Positions 9,390 through 22,124 of a stretch of 63,207 bases of DNA are shown here, piece by piece (positions within the stretch are counted from its first letter, which is position 1; every line of letters starts with the position of its first letter). The DNA is taken from contig PSLI01000008.1 of the NCBI GenBank assembly GCA_040289515.1, positions 1-63,207 of the forward strand. Direction: 5' to 3'. Under the pieces are notes generated by a model. It was not told the origin of the DNA. It was given only the letters and a program-made list of their open reading frames with translations, and ran no database searches. The position numbers and the translations under genes were made by a program. This stretch comes from Candidatus Sysuimicrobiota bacterium. Lineage in GTDB: Bacteria > Sysuimicrobiota > Sysuimicrobiia > Sysuimicrobiales > Sysuimicrobiaceae.

Positions 9390-10129
9390 GCCCGCTCCAC
9401 CTCCGCCGGCTTCGCCCGCGCCCGGCGCCTGGCTTTGCCCGCCTCCTCGGGCTGCCTGCGCGGCAGCCCCACCACGCTGAGGTACTCCGCGATGTACGCC
9501 AGGGTGGACGCGAACCAGTACACCGAAAGGCCCACCGCGAAGTTCAGGCTGAACCAGCCGACCAGGAAGGGCATGAACACAAACATCCGCGCCTGCTGGG
9601 GGTCGGTCACCGACACCTTCTGCTGCAGGTACGTGGACACCCCGATGAGGACCGGTACCGCGGCGTACGCCACCGCCGCACCCCACCCGTACCGGCCTGG
9701 GTCGCTAAGCACGGCCATGGGGTGGACCAGTAGATCCCACGGTCCGAAGGGTACGCTCTTCAGGACCTCCCCCGTGCGGGACACGAAGTGGGTGGGGTCG
9801 CTCAGGACGCGGTACAGGGCGAACAGCACCGGCATCTGCAGCAGCATGGGCAGGCAGCCCCCGAAGGGGTTCACCCCGTGGGCCCGGTACAGGTCCATGA
9901 TCTCCTTGTTCAGGCGCTGGGGGTCGTCCTTGAACTTGCGCTGCAGGGCCTGCAGGTGCGGCTGCAGCTTCTGCATCTCCTTCATGGACCGCAGCTGCCG
10001 CCGCGTGAGAGGGTGCAAAACCAGTTTCACCAACAAGGTGAGGGCGATGATGGCCCACCCGTAGGAGCCCGTGGCCTCGTACAGCCACCGCAGCAGGGCG
10101 GCGATCTGGCTCACAAGCCATCCGAACAA
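9386..10129 (-). CDS. yidC: Membrane protein insertase YidC
   Basis: YGWAIIALT, SMKEMQKLQP, GVNPFGGCLPMLLQMP, GLSVYW. Confidence 0.95.
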   Translation of the reverse strand: MFGWLVSQIAALLRWLYEATGSYGWAIIALTLLVKLVLHPLTRRQLRSMKEMQKLQPHLQALQRKFKDDPQRLNKEIMDLYRAHGVNPFGGCLPMLLQMPVLFALYRVLSDPTHFVSRTGEVLKSVPFGPWDLLVHPMAVLSDPGRYGWGAAVAYAAVPVLIGVSTYLQQKVSVTDPQQARMFVFMPFLVGWFSLNFAVGLSVYWFASTLAYIAEYLSVVGLPRRQPEEAGKARRRARAKPAEVERA

Positions 10130-10141
10130 GTGATCGACCTC

Positions 10142-10390
10142 CTAAGGAACCGGGTCGTAGCCGCCGGGGAAAAAGGGGTGACACCGCAACATCCTGCGCA
10201 ACGCCAGCCACCCGCCCCGCAGCACCCCGTACCGGGTGATGGCCTGCGCCGCATATTCTGAGCAGGTGGGCCAGTATCGACACACCCTGGGCGTCCACCG
10301 AGAAACCCGCTGGTAGCCCCGGATCACCCTGATGAGCCCCCGGGCGACGCTTCCTGAACGCCCAGCGCCCCCACCTCCTCCAGGAGGCAC
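10142..10390 (-). CDS. yidD: Membrane protein insertion efficiency factor YidD
   Basis: [29 protein letters not shown]. Start uncertain. Confidence 0.9.
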   Translation of the reverse strand: MPPGGGGGAGRSGSVARGLIRVIRGYQRVSRWTPRVCRYWPTCSEYAAQAITRYGVLRGGWLALRRMLRCHPFFPGGYDPVP

Positions 10391-10680
10391 CACAGCTCCT
10401 CCCTCAGCTCCCAGAAGGACGCCTCCGCCGCCTGGGGCCGCGCTGACACCACCAGGTCCTGAAAAGGCGCCAGGGGAAGCTGCCTGAGGATCTCCCGCAG
10501 CCGCCTGCGAACCCTGTTCCGCACCACCGCCTTGCCCAGCCGTCGGCTCACCACCACCGCTGCCCGCACTCCCGGACCACCTGCCCGCCGGTGCACCACC
10601 ACCAGGCGGCCCGCCCGGCGCGTTCCCTGCGCGTACACCCGCTGGAAGTCTCGTGCCGAGCGCAGGCGGTCGGGCTTCAA
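10324..10680 (-). CDS. rnpA: Ribonuclease P protein component
   Basis: [22 protein letters not shown] (RNR motif). Confidence 0.93.
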   Translation of the reverse strand: MKPDRLRSARDFQRVYAQGTRRAGRLVVVHRRAGGPGVRAAVVVSRRLGKAVVRNRVRRRLREILRQLPLAPFQDLVVSARPQAAEASFWELREELWCLLEEVGALGVQEASPGGSSG

Positions 10681-10701
10681 CGGGTGCGGGTTCCGCTGTT
10701 C

Positions 10702-10836
10702 TCAAACCGTCAGCCGATTCCGTCCGGCCTGGCGGCGCCTGCGCAGCACCTGCCGACCACCCGGCGTGCGCATTCGAGCCCGGAAACCGTGCGTGCGCTT
10801 CCTGCGGCGCCGCTTGGGCTGGTAGGTTCTCTTCAC
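10702..10836 (-). CDS. rpmH: 50S ribosomal protein L34
   Basis: [27 protein letters not shown] after GAGGAGG. Confidence 0.97.
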   Translation of the reverse strand: MKRTYQPKRRRRKRTHGFRARMRTPGGRQVLRRRRQAGRNRLTV

Positions 10837-10860
10837 GGCTCCCTCCTCTGGTCGGCCGCT

Positions 10861-10869
10861 AGTATACCA
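10861..10869 (-). promoter_or_regulatory. Extended -10 promoter of the rpmH operon (TGGTATACT)
   Basis: TGnTATACT 24 nt upstream of the rpmH start. Confidence 0.55.
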
Positions 10870-10899
10870 GCCTCCCCTCCCACCCCGCCACTGCGCGGG

Positions 10900-11121
10900 T
10901 GTGGAAAGCCTGTCGGCAACCCCACCGGATATCCACAACCGGAACCTCCCGCAAGACCCCCGGTCGGGTTTTTCGAACAGCCCCCTCGGAAGCCCACCGT
11001 CATCCACAGGTTTTTCAGTTCCTGTGGATAACTCCGCACCCGCACCGTCTCACGCAAGCGCAAGCCACAGTCAGACTCGCGGCGGTAAGGTTTTCCGCAC
11101 CCGCTTCACGGTTTCCGAACA
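10900..11121. promoter_or_regulatory. oriC upstream DnaA-box cluster
   Basis: Perfect TGTGGATAA 11023-11031; one-mismatch boxes at 10900-10908, 10929-10937, 11000-11008 and 11091-11099. Confidence 0.85.
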
Positions 11122-11212
11122 CTTTCCCGGAAATCGGCGAAAACCACACGCCTCATCGGAGGGGCGCAGGAGTATGCTTGTCCTTGGCCAACACCTCGCG
11201 AGGGGGATGGGC

Positions 11213-11995
11213 ATGTCGCTGCGCGACCTCCTGACCCAGATCCTCGAGGAGCGGGAGGGTCGTCGCGAGCCCGAAGGTCCTCCCGAGGTACGGGTGGCCG
11301 TGTACGACTCGCCCCTCGCGGAACCACGGGTGATCTCGTTGTCCAGCGACGACTTTCACGACCTGGTGGGCAAGCTGGCGGCCACCACCTTCGACCATGC
11401 GCAGCGCCGCGGCGGCCGGATCCCGTACGTGGTGATCCGCGAGATCGTGGAGAACCTCATCCACGCGTACTTCCGCAACGCGGTCATCACCGTCAGCGAC
11501 GACGGAAACACCATCCGCATCTCCGACCACGGTCCGGGCATCCCCGACAAGGAGCGGGCCCTGCAGCCGGGCTTCACCACCGCCACCCCCACCATGCGCC
11601 GGCTTATCCGCGGCGTGGGCTCCGGCCTACCCGTGGCGCGGGACCAGCTCACCTTTTTGGGCGGTGCCATCACCATCGAGGACAACCTCGCGGGCGGCAC
11701 CGTGGTGACCCTGCGTCTGCAACCGGAACGCACGCCGCGGGCGCCCAGCGCCTCCGCACCGCGCCCCGCCCTCACCGAACGGCAGCGGCGCGTGCTCCTG
11801 CTCGTGGCGGAGATGGGCGCCGCAGGGCCGAGTGCGGTGGCGGGCGAGCTCGGCATCAGTCTCACCACCGCGTACCGGGAGCTCGCCGCCCTGGAACGCC
11901 TGGGCCTGCTACACACCCAGGCCCGTGGTCGGCGCAGCCTCTCGGAGCAGGGGCTGCGCTTCGTGGACCAACTCTTCCGTCCACCGAAACCGTGA
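11213..11995 (+). CDS. GHKL (HATPase_c) ATP-binding protein with C-terminal winged HTH
   Basis: N box REIVENLIHA, G1 ISDHGPGI, F box PGFTT, G2 GVGSGL, G3 GGTVV; no H-box. C-terminal LTERQRRVLLLV...VAGELGISLTTAYRELAALERLGLL. ATG 11213 after GAGGGG; TATGCT at 11173-11178. Confidence 0.85.
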   Translation: MSLRDLLTQILEEREGRREPEGPPEVRVAVYDSPLAEPRVISLSSDDFHDLVGKLAATTFDHAQRRGGRIPYVVIREIVENLIHAYFRNAVITVSDDGNTIRISDHGPGIPDKERALQPGFTTATPTMRRLIRGVGSGLPVARDQLTFLGGAITIEDNLAGGTVVTLRLQPERTPRAPSASAPRPALTERQRRVLLLVAEMGAAGPSAVAGELGISLTTAYRELAALERLGLLHTQARGRRSLSEQGLRFVDQLFRPPKP

Positions 11996-12056
11996 TCGCT
12001 TCCCCTTGGCACGGTGGTGGTGTACCGTAGGGACCGTCGCCCCAGGAGGAGTCACC

Positions 12057-13418
<1,362 letters not shown>

Positions 13419-13532
13419 CCTGGGGATGCCCGCCGGGCCGGTACTGCTCCCGCGCCCTGCCCTGCGCCCGTGCACGCGGCGTCCACCGGCATCTCCCCAC
13501 CGTTCTGCCGCGTCGTACAATGAGCGCGGGGA

Positions 13533-13590
13533 TTTTCCCCGCTTTCCACACCCCCGACGGAGGCTACGGCGAGTCTTACAGAACAGCAAG
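13533..13590 (+). promoter_or_regulatory. oriC unwinding element (tandem DnaA boxes, C-run, degenerate trio-like region)
   Basis: TTTTCCCCG CTTTCCACA CCCCC GAC GGA GGC TAC GGC GAG TCT TAC in the dnaA-dnaN gap; G/C strand bias flips here. Confidence 0.6.
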
Positions 13591-13625
13591 CAAACCCGCA
13601 GCTGCCGCGGGCGAGGAGGCTGTGG

Positions 13626-14729
13626 ATGAGGATCCGCTGCGCGCAGGAAGCTCTCGGCCGCGCGATGAGCACGGTGGCTCGGCTCAGCTCGGCCCGAACC
13701 ACCATGCCCGTGCTGGCCAACGTGCTCCTGGAGACCACCGCGGGGGGCGTGCGGGTCAGCGCCACGGACCTGGAGGTGGGAATCCGGATGCAGATCCCCG
13801 CGGAGGTGGAGCGGGCGGGGCGGATGACCCTGCCCGCGCGCCTGCTGGGTGAGATCGTGGCGAACCTGCCGGCTGATGTGGTGCAACTGCAGGTGGCCGA
13901 AGATGCTTCGGTGGCGGAGATCACCTGCCAGCGCACCCGCTTTGAGGTGGTGGGCCTGCCGGCTGCTGACTTCCCGCGCCTCCCGGAGGAGGAGCCTGAG
14001 CCCGTGTGCACGCTCCCTGCGGCCGTGCTGCGCTCTGTGATCCGGTCTACCGTGTTTGCGGCGAGCACGGATGACACGCGGCCGTTCCTGACGGGGGTGT
14101 ACGTAACCGGCGAGGAGGAGGAGGTACGTTTCGTAGCCACGGACGGAGGGAGGTTGGCCCTGCGTCGGGTCCCCGTGCGGGTACAGCGTCCGGTCAGCGC
14201 CATCGTGCCCAGCAAGGCCATGCACGAGCTGGTGCGACTCACGGGTGGCAGGGAGGGGGAGGTGGACATCGGGCTGGTAGGTAACCAGGTGGTGTTCTCC
14301 GCGGGAGAGGTGAGGCTGTGGAGCCGGCTGATTGCCGGGCAGTTCCCGAACTACCAGCAGGTCATCCCGAGGGAGTTCAAGCAGCGGGTGCGGGTGGCCA
14401 CGGAGCGCCTGTACGGTGCGCTGCGCCGGGTGGCCATCACCGCCCGCGACTCCGCCACGGTGGTGCGCCTGGCGGCCGAGGAGGGGGCGTTGCGGCTGAG
14501 CTCCAGCACGCCGGAGGTCGGGCGGGCGCAGGAGGAGCTGGAGGTGGAGGCCTGCGGCGAGCCCATGGAGGTGGCCTTCAACGCCCGCTACCTGCTGGAG
14601 GCCCTGGCGGTGGTGGAGACGGAGGAGGTGAGCCTGGAACTGACCGGACCCCTCTCTCCGGGGCTGCTGCGACCCGCAGGCAGCGAGGATTACCTGTACG
14701 TGGTGGCCCCCGTGCGGGTGTACGGGTGA
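13626..14729 (+). CDS. dnaN: DNA polymerase III beta clamp
   Basis: SATDLEV, ATDGGRLA, FPNYQQVIP, AFNARYL. Confidence 0.97.
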   Translation: MRIRCAQEALGRAMSTVARLSSARTTMPVLANVLLETTAGGVRVSATDLEVGIRMQIPAEVERAGRMTLPARLLGEIVANLPADVVQLQVAEDASVAEITCQRTRFEVVGLPAADFPRLPEEEPEPVCTLPAAVLRSVIRSTVFAASTDDTRPFLTGVYVTGEEEEVRFVATDGGRLALRRVPVRVQRPVSAIVPSKAMHELVRLTGGREGEVDIGLVGNQVVFSAGEVRLWSRLIAGQFPNYQQVIPREFKQRVRVATERLYGALRRVAITARDSATVVRLAAEEGALRLSSSTPEVGRAQEELEVEACGEPMEVAFNARYLLEALAVVETEEVSLELTGPLSPGLLRPAGSEDYLYVVAPVRVYG

Positions 14730-14947
14730 GCGAGGTGCACCAACGCATCCGAGGTGAGTGGATCGAGCTGGGGAGGTTCCTGAAGCTGGTTCGCGCGGTG
14801 CGGTCCGGGGGTGAGGCCAAGCACGTGGTGCACTCGGGGCGCGTGCGGGTCAACGGACGGGTGGAAAGACGGCGCGGAGCCAAGCTTCGAGCGGGGGACG
14901 TGGTGGAGCTGGACGGGCGGCGGTGGGTGGTGCAGGGTGGAGGTTAG
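14726..14947 (+). CDS. yaaA: S4-domain RNA-binding protein YaaA
   Basis: IELGRFLK...SGGEAK...VNGRVERRRGAKL; GTGA overlap with dnaN. Confidence 0.88.
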   Translation: MSEVHQRIRGEWIELGRFLKLVRAVRSGGEAKHVVHSGRVRVNGRVERRRGAKLRAGDVVELDGRRWVVQGGG

Positions 14948-15986
14948 GTGGCTGCTGCTGGTGCGGTTTCGCAACCACGCCCGCCGGGAGGTGCATTTCG
15001 GCGGGGGGCTCAACGTGGTGGTGGGGCCCAACGGGGCCGGCAAGACGAACCTTCTGGAGGCGGTGGACTTGGCCATCACAGGGCGCAGCCACCGGGTTCG
15101 CCGGGAGGCGGAGGTGGTGCAGTTTGGAGCGGACTGGGCCGTGGTTCGGGCCGCCTTCCTGCGGGGCGGGCGGGAGCACCGGTCAGAGGTGCGGGTGGAG
15201 CGGACGGGGCTGAAGCACCTGCGGGCAGACGGGGTCCCCACCTCGAGGGCAGGATTCCTGGGCCGCGGGGTGGTGGTCTGGAGCGGTCCGGAGGATACGC
15301 AGGTGGTCTGCGGGCCCGCGGCACACCGCAGGCAGGTGCTGGACGGGCTGCTGTGCCAGCTGAGCCCTGCCTACTATGACACCCTGCTGCGCTATCATCG
15401 GGTGGTGCGGCATCGCAACCGGCTGCTGCGAGCCCAGGCGCCAGCCACGGCCGTGGAAGTGTGGGACGAACAGCTGGCTGGGCTGGGTGCGCGCCTGGTG
15501 GAGCGCAGGGCGCAGCTGGTGCAGCGGCTTGCCGGGCCCGCGGCGGTGTGGGCGGAGCGGCTGGGCTGCGGGGCGCTACACCTGCGGTACGTGGCTGGCT
15601 GTGCGTCCGAGCCGGAGGCGGTGCGGCAGGACCTGGTGAGGCTGCGGCGGGAGGAGTACCGGCGGGGCCAGAGCCTCGTGGGGCCCCACCGGGACAACCT
15701 GGAGATGGTATTGAACGGCGTGGACGCGCGCACGTTCGCCTCCCGAGGCCAGCAGAGGGCGGTGGTACTGGCCCTCCGCCTGGCAGAACGAGAGGTGGTG
15801 CGGGAGGAGCTGGGTGAGGATCCGGTCCTGTTGCTGGACGACGTAGTGGCCGACCTGGACCGGCAGCGCACCGGCAGCCTTCTGAGGGCGCTGGAAGGGG
15901 GGCCCCAGGTGGTAGCCACGGCCACGGATCGGGCCATGCTGCCGTGCGACCAGGTGGTGCCCCTGGGGGAGGGGGCGTGCGCTTGA
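14937..15986 (+). CDS. recF: DNA replication/repair protein RecF
   Basis: FRN, GPNGAGKTN, GPHRD, SRGQQR, LLLDDV. Confidence 0.96.
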   Translation: MEVRWLLLVRFRNHARREVHFGGGLNVVVGPNGAGKTNLLEAVDLAITGRSHRVRREAEVVQFGADWAVVRAAFLRGGREHRSEVRVERTGLKHLRADGVPTSRAGFLGRGVVVWSGPEDTQVVCGPAAHRRQVLDGLLCQLSPAYYDTLLRYHRVVRHRNRLLRAQAPATAVEVWDEQLAGLGARLVERRAQLVQRLAGPAAVWAERLGCGALHLRYVAGCASEPEAVRQDLVRLRREEYRRGQSLVGPHRDNLEMVLNGVDARTFASRGQQRAVVLALRLAEREVVREELGEDPVLLLDDVVADLDRQRTGSLLRALEGGPQVVATATDRAMLPCDQVVPLGEGACA

Positions 15987-16246
15987 AGTCCCTCCGCGAA
16001 TTGCTGGAACAGGCGGCGCCCGCGCGCGTGGTGGAGGCGGCACGGGTGCTGCAAGCTTGGCAGAGGTTGGCGTGTGCGGAGGGATTCGGGGCGGAGGCGG
16101 ACTACCGCGGGGGGCGCCTTATCCTACGAGCACGTAGCCACGCGGAGGCTCAGGAGCTGAGCCTCCGCGCGCACTGGGTGCGCTCGCGCGTGAATGAGCT
16201 GGCCGGGGCGGCGTTGGTTCGTGAGGTTCGCGTGCTGGTCACCTGA
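15977..16246 (+). CDS. DciA/DUF721 family protein
   Basis: Size, position after recF, W...L.LRARSHAEAQELSL...RVNELAG pattern. Confidence 0.65.
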   Translation: MRLKSLRELLEQAAPARVVEAARVLQAWQRLACAEGFGAEADYRGGRLILRARSHAEAQELSLRAHWVRSRVNELAGAALVREVRVLVT

Positions 16247-16255
16247 GGGAAAGAC

Positions 16256-16519
16256 GTGTACGTGCACATCGGCGAGGACGTGGTGGTGCGGACCGGGGAG
16301 GTGGTGGCGATCCTGGACGCCCGCTTGCTGCGGGCGTCCGAGGTGAACCAGCAGTTCTTCGAACGTGCGGCGGCGGCGGGGAGGGTGCTGGGGCACAAAC
16401 TAGCCTCCGCCCGGTCCGTGGTGGTAACGACCCACGGCCTGTATCCCTCGTCCATTTCCACCACGACCCTGGCCCGGCGGGTGCGCCTGGGGCTGAAGGC
16501 GGTCTCCAGGTCCAGCTGA
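16256..16519 (+). CDS. remB: RemB/DUF370 family protein
   Basis: MYVHIGEDVVV...VAILD...RSVVVT...YPSSISTTTLARR. Confidence 0.8.
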   Translation: MYVHIGEDVVVRTGEVVAILDARLLRASEVNQQFFERAAAAGRVLGHKLASARSVVVTTHGLYPSSISTTTLARRVRLGLKAVSRSS

Positions 16520-16548
16520 AACCCGCTTGCTGAGCGCATCGTGTCGCG

Positions 16549-16577
16549 TTGACCCCCGAGTCTCCTGTTGCTATGCT
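16549..16577 (+). promoter_or_regulatory. sigma70-type promoter of gyrBA
   Basis: TTGACC-N17-TATGCT with an extended TG. Confidence 0.75.
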
Positions 16578-16590
16578 TCATCTGTTATAA

Positions 16591-18507
<1,917 letters not shown>

Positions 18508-18530
18508 AGCGAGGTCGCGGGAGGAACCCC

Positions 18531-20951
18531 ATGGAGGAGCGCATCGTCCCCAAGCCCGTGGAACGCGAGATGCAGGAGGCGTACCTGGACTACGCCATGT
18601 CCGTCATCGTGGCCCGGGCGCTGCCGGACGTGCGGGACGGGCTGAAGCCGGTTCAGCGGCGGGTCCTGGTGGCCATGCACGACCTGGGCCTGGCTCCCAA
18701 CCGGCCCTACCGGAAGTGCGCCAAGATCTGCGGGGACACCTCGGGCAACTACCACCCCCACGGGGAGGCGGTCATCTACCCCACCCTGGTGCGGATGGCG
18801 CAGCCGTGGGTGATGCGGCACCCCCTGGTGGACGGGCAGGGGAACTTCGGCAGCGTGGACGACGACCCCCCGGCGGCCATGCGGTACACCGAAGCCCGCC
18901 TGACCCCCGTGGCCATGGAGATGCTGGCGGACCTGGACAAGGATACCGTGGACTTCGTCCCCAATTTTGACCAGACGCGCCGCGAGCCGGTGGTGTTGCC
19001 CGCCCGCTTCCCCAACCTGCTGGCAAACGGAGCCTCCGGCATCGCGGTGGGCATGGCCACCAACATTCCGCCCCACAACCTGGGCGAGGTGACGGATGCC
19101 TTGGTGGCCCTGCTGGACAACCCGGACCTGGCCACAGAGGACCTGCTGCGCATCGTGAAGGGACCGGACTTCCCCACGGGCGGGATCATCCTGGGGCGCG
19201 AGGGGATCCGGGAGGCGTACACCACGGGGCGGGGATCCATCCTCATGCGGGCCAAGGCCACCGTGGAGGAACTGCGCGGGGGTCGGACCGCCATCGTGGT
19301 CACGGAGCTCCCCTACATGGTCAACAAGGCGGCCCTCATCGCCCGCATCGCGGACCTGGTGCGGGAGAAGCGGATCCAGGGGATCAGCGACCTGCGGGAT
19401 GAGAGCGACCGGGAGGGGATGCGGGTAGTGATCGAGCTGCGACGGGAGGCGAACCCCCAGGTGGTTCTCAACCAGTTGTACAAGCACACGCAGATGCAGG
19501 TCAGCTTCGGAGCCATCCTGCTGGCCCTCGTGGGCGGGGTGCCGCGGCAGCTCACCCTGCGGGATCTTCTGGTCCACTACCTGGACCACCGGCGGGAGAT
19601 CGTGACCCGCCGGACCCGGTTCGAGCTGGCCCGGGCGGAGGAGCGGGCGCACGTGCTGGAGGGACTGAAGGTGGCCCTGGACCACCTGGACGCCGTGATC
19701 CAGCTGATTCGCTCCTCCAAGGACGTGGCTTCCGCGCGGGAGGGGCTGGTGCAGCGCTTCGGGCTGTCGGAGCGTCAGGCGGACGCCATCCTGGAGATGC
19801 GCCTGGCCCGGCTCACGGCCCTGGAACGCAGCAAGGTGGAGGAGGAGTACCGGGAGCTTTTGAAGGCCATCGCGTACTACCAGGATGTGCTCCGTGACCC
19901 CCGGAAAGTGGCGGGCATCGTGCGGCAGGAGCTGCTGGAGGTTAAGGCCAAGTACGCGGACCCGCGCCGCACCCGGATCACCTCGGGCCAGGAGGCCGTG
20001 CTGGAGGAGGAGGATCTGGTCCCCGACACGGAGGTGGTCATCACCCTCACCCACCAGGGCTACGTGAAACGAGTTCCCCTGGAGAGCTACCGGGCCCAGC
20101 GACGTGGTGGCAGGGGGGTGGTGGGGGCCACGGCGCGGGAGGAGGACTTTGTGGAGCACGTGGTCGTCACCTCGAACCATGCGTACCTACTGTTCTTCAC
20201 CAACCGCGGCAAGGTGTACCGGCTGCGCGCCTTTGAGGTTCCGGAGTCAGGTCGCGCGGCCCGGGGCACGGGCCTGGTGAACCTGGTCGGGATGCCCCTG
20301 AACGAGCTTGTGACCGCCATCATCCCCATTCGGTCCTTCGAGGACGCGGGCTACCTGTTTATGGCCACCCGGCGGGGCATGGTGAAGCGAACGGGCCTGC
20401 TGGAGTTCGTGAATGCGCGTCGGGCGGGGATCGTGGCCCTGCACCTGCAGGAGGGGGACGAGCTGGTGGGTGTCCGGCTGACGCACGGCAAGGAGGAGGT
20501 CATCCTGGCCACGCGGGAGGGGCAGGCCATCCGTTTCCGGGAGTCGGGGGTGCGGCCCACGGGCCGGGCCGCCGCCGGGGTCCTGGGGATCCGGCTGAGG
20601 CCCGGAGACGAGGTGGTGGGGCTGGCGGTGGCCAGCGAGAAGCCCGAGCTGCTCACCATCACGGACCTGGGGTATGGCAAACGGACCCCCACCTCCCAGT
20701 ACCGGCTACAGGCGCGCGGGGGCTACGGCGTCCGGAACATCCGGCTGTCCAGCAAGAACGGCAAGGTGGTGGCTGTGCGGGCCGTGGCGGAAGACGACGA
20801 AATCCTGCTGGCCACGGAGTCCGGCCAGATCCTGAGGACCCTGGTGCGGGAGATCAGCACTGTTGGCCGCTCGGCCCAGGGGGTGCGGGTGATGCGGGTG
20901 GAGCCGCCGGACCGGGTATCCGCGGTGGCCGTGGTGGAGGCGGAGCGGTAG
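18531..20951 (+). CDS. gyrA: DNA gyrase subunit A
   Basis: [17 protein letters not shown] (catalytic Tyr), GyrA box QRRGGRG, pinwheel repeats. Confidence 0.98.
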   Translation: MEERIVPKPVEREMQEAYLDYAMSVIVARALPDVRDGLKPVQRRVLVAMHDLGLAPNRPYRKCAKICGDTSGNYHPHGEAVIYPTLVRMAQPWVMRHPLVDGQGNFGSVDDDPPAAMRYTEARLTPVAMEMLADLDKDTVDFVPNFDQTRREPVVLPARFPNLLANGASGIAVGMATNIPPHNLGEVTDALVALLDNPDLATEDLLRIVKGPDFPTGGIILGREGIREAYTTGRGSILMRAKATVEELRGGRTAIVVTELPYMVNKAALIARIADLVREKRIQGISDLRDESDREGMRVVIELRREANPQVVLNQLYKHTQMQVSFGAILLALVGGVPRQLTLRDLLVHYLDHRREIVTRRTRFELARAEERAHVLEGLKVALDHLDAVIQLIRSSKDVASAREGLVQRFGLSERQADAILEMRLARLTALERSKVEEEYRELLKAIAYYQDVLRDPRKVAGIVRQELLEVKAKYADPRRTRITSGQEAVLEEEDLVPDTEVVITLTHQGYVKRVPLESYRAQRRGGRGVVGATAREEDFVEHVVVTSNHAYLLFFTNRGKVYRLRAFEVPESGRAARGTGLVNLVGMPLNELVTAIIPIRSFEDAGYLFMATRRGMVKRTGLLEFVNARRAGIVALHLQEGDELVGVRLTHGKEEVILATREGQAIRFRESGVRPTGRAAAGVLGIRLRPGDEVVGLAVASEKPELLTITDLGYGKRTPTSQYRLQARGGYGVRNIRLSSKNGKVVAVRAVAEDDEILLATESGQILRTLVREISTVGRSAQGVRVMRVEPPDRVSAVAVVEAER

Positions 20952-21049
20952 GCCTGGCGCCGGTTTCCGGCTGCACGGAAGAGGAGTCCGCGGGCTTATC
21001 GTAGAATGCCAAGCGCCGGATCACACGCCGTACGGGAGGGGAGGAGCCT

Positions 21050-21322
21050 ATGAACAAGGAGCAGCTCATCGAGCGGGTGGCCAGCAAGACGGGCCTCAGC
21101 AAGAAGGACGCCAACGCGGCCCTGGATGCGATCCTGGACGGGATCACCAGCGCCCTCAAGAAGGGCGAGAAGGTGACCCTGGTGGGGTTCGGGACATTCG
21201 CGGTGCGGCGCCGCAAGGCGCGCGAGGGGCGGAACCCCCAGACCGGGGAGAAGATCCGCATCCCCGCCCGGAAGGTCCCGGGGTTCACAGCGGGTAAGGA
21301 ACTGAAGGCCCAGGTAAAATAA
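21050..21322 (+). CDS. hup: DNA-binding protein HU
   Basis: MNKEQLI...GFGTF...GRNPQTGE...F.AGKELK; TAGAAT -10 at 21002-21007. Confidence 0.96.
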   Translation: MNKEQLIERVASKTGLSKKDANAALDAILDGITSALKKGEKVTLVGFGTFAVRRRKAREGRNPQTGEKIRIPARKVPGFTAGKELKAQVK

Positions 21323-21343
21323 AGCGGGACAACTGAGGGGGTG

Positions 21344-21383
21344 CGGGCGCCCGGGGTGGGCGGCCCCGGGTGCCCGGTTTTTT
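21344..21383 (+). terminator. Rho-independent terminator after hup
   Basis: 13-bp GC stem CGGGCGCCCGGGG/CCCCGGGTGCCCG followed by TTTTTT. Confidence 0.8.
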
Positions 21384-21385
21384 GC

Positions 21386-22113
21386 TTGGAGGTCCGGGAG
21401 CCGACTCCGGAAGAGCTGGCCCAGCTGGGAACCGCGGCGGGTACCCTTCCCCCCGAGTGGCTGGCATGGGCGGACGAGGCGCACCGCGTCCTGGTAGGGG
21501 CAGAAAGCGGGCGCGTGGTGGCGGCGGTGCATCTGGCCGTGGTGGGCCGCGGGGAAGGGTGGATCGAAGGGGTAAGGGCCGTGGGAGGAGAGGACGCAGA
21601 TGCTCAGGACCGGCTTGTGGACGGGGCCCTGCGGATGTTGGATGGATACGGGGTCGTCGTGGTGCGGACCGCGTGGCCGTCCGGAGGTCGGCCGGAGTGG
21701 CTGGACCGGGCGGGCTTTGGCGAGCGCGCGCACTACGTGGTTCACCTGGCGCCGGAGGACCTGCGGCCGGGGAGAGTACAGCCGGTGGCACCCCGGCAGG
21801 CCGGCTCGGCGTGGAGCCGCCTGACCACGGTCTTGCGACGCCACGCGGGAGAGCTGCTGCCCCTGGGGTGGCGGTGGAGGGCCTTCACACCGGAGATGGC
21901 ACTCGGCGCGGCCCGGACCGGCTGGTGGCTGCCCTCAGCTCAGAAGTCCCTGCGGCCCTGGTGGGCGCGGTACGGGAGGTGGGCCCGGGCGGGCGGGTGG
22001 TGTGCTTTTTGCCCGCGCAGGCAGAGGAGACAGCGGCCCTCAGGGGCTGGGCCGTGCACCCCTGGTGTCCCAGGGGTGTGGTGGTGTACGAGTTGACGCG
22101 GAGGTCCGGATGA
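21386..22113 (+). pseudogene. GNAT-like acetyltransferase, frame-disrupted at about 21915
   Basis: EGWIEGVR and GWRWRAFT lie in one frame; the coherent C-terminus DRLVAALS...GVVVYELT is in another. Confidence 0.6.
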
Positions 22114-22124
22114 GGGAGGAGCAA

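Noticed and set aside
11121..11136. ACTTTCCCGGAAATCG resembling the Noc binding site
   Set aside because: One base short of the 16-bp geometry and the outer bases mismatch; too weak.
20057..20072. Canonical parS half-sites (ACGTGAAAC in gyrA; TTTCACGT near 5695)
   Set aside because: Only one arm matches, and both are inside coding sequence.
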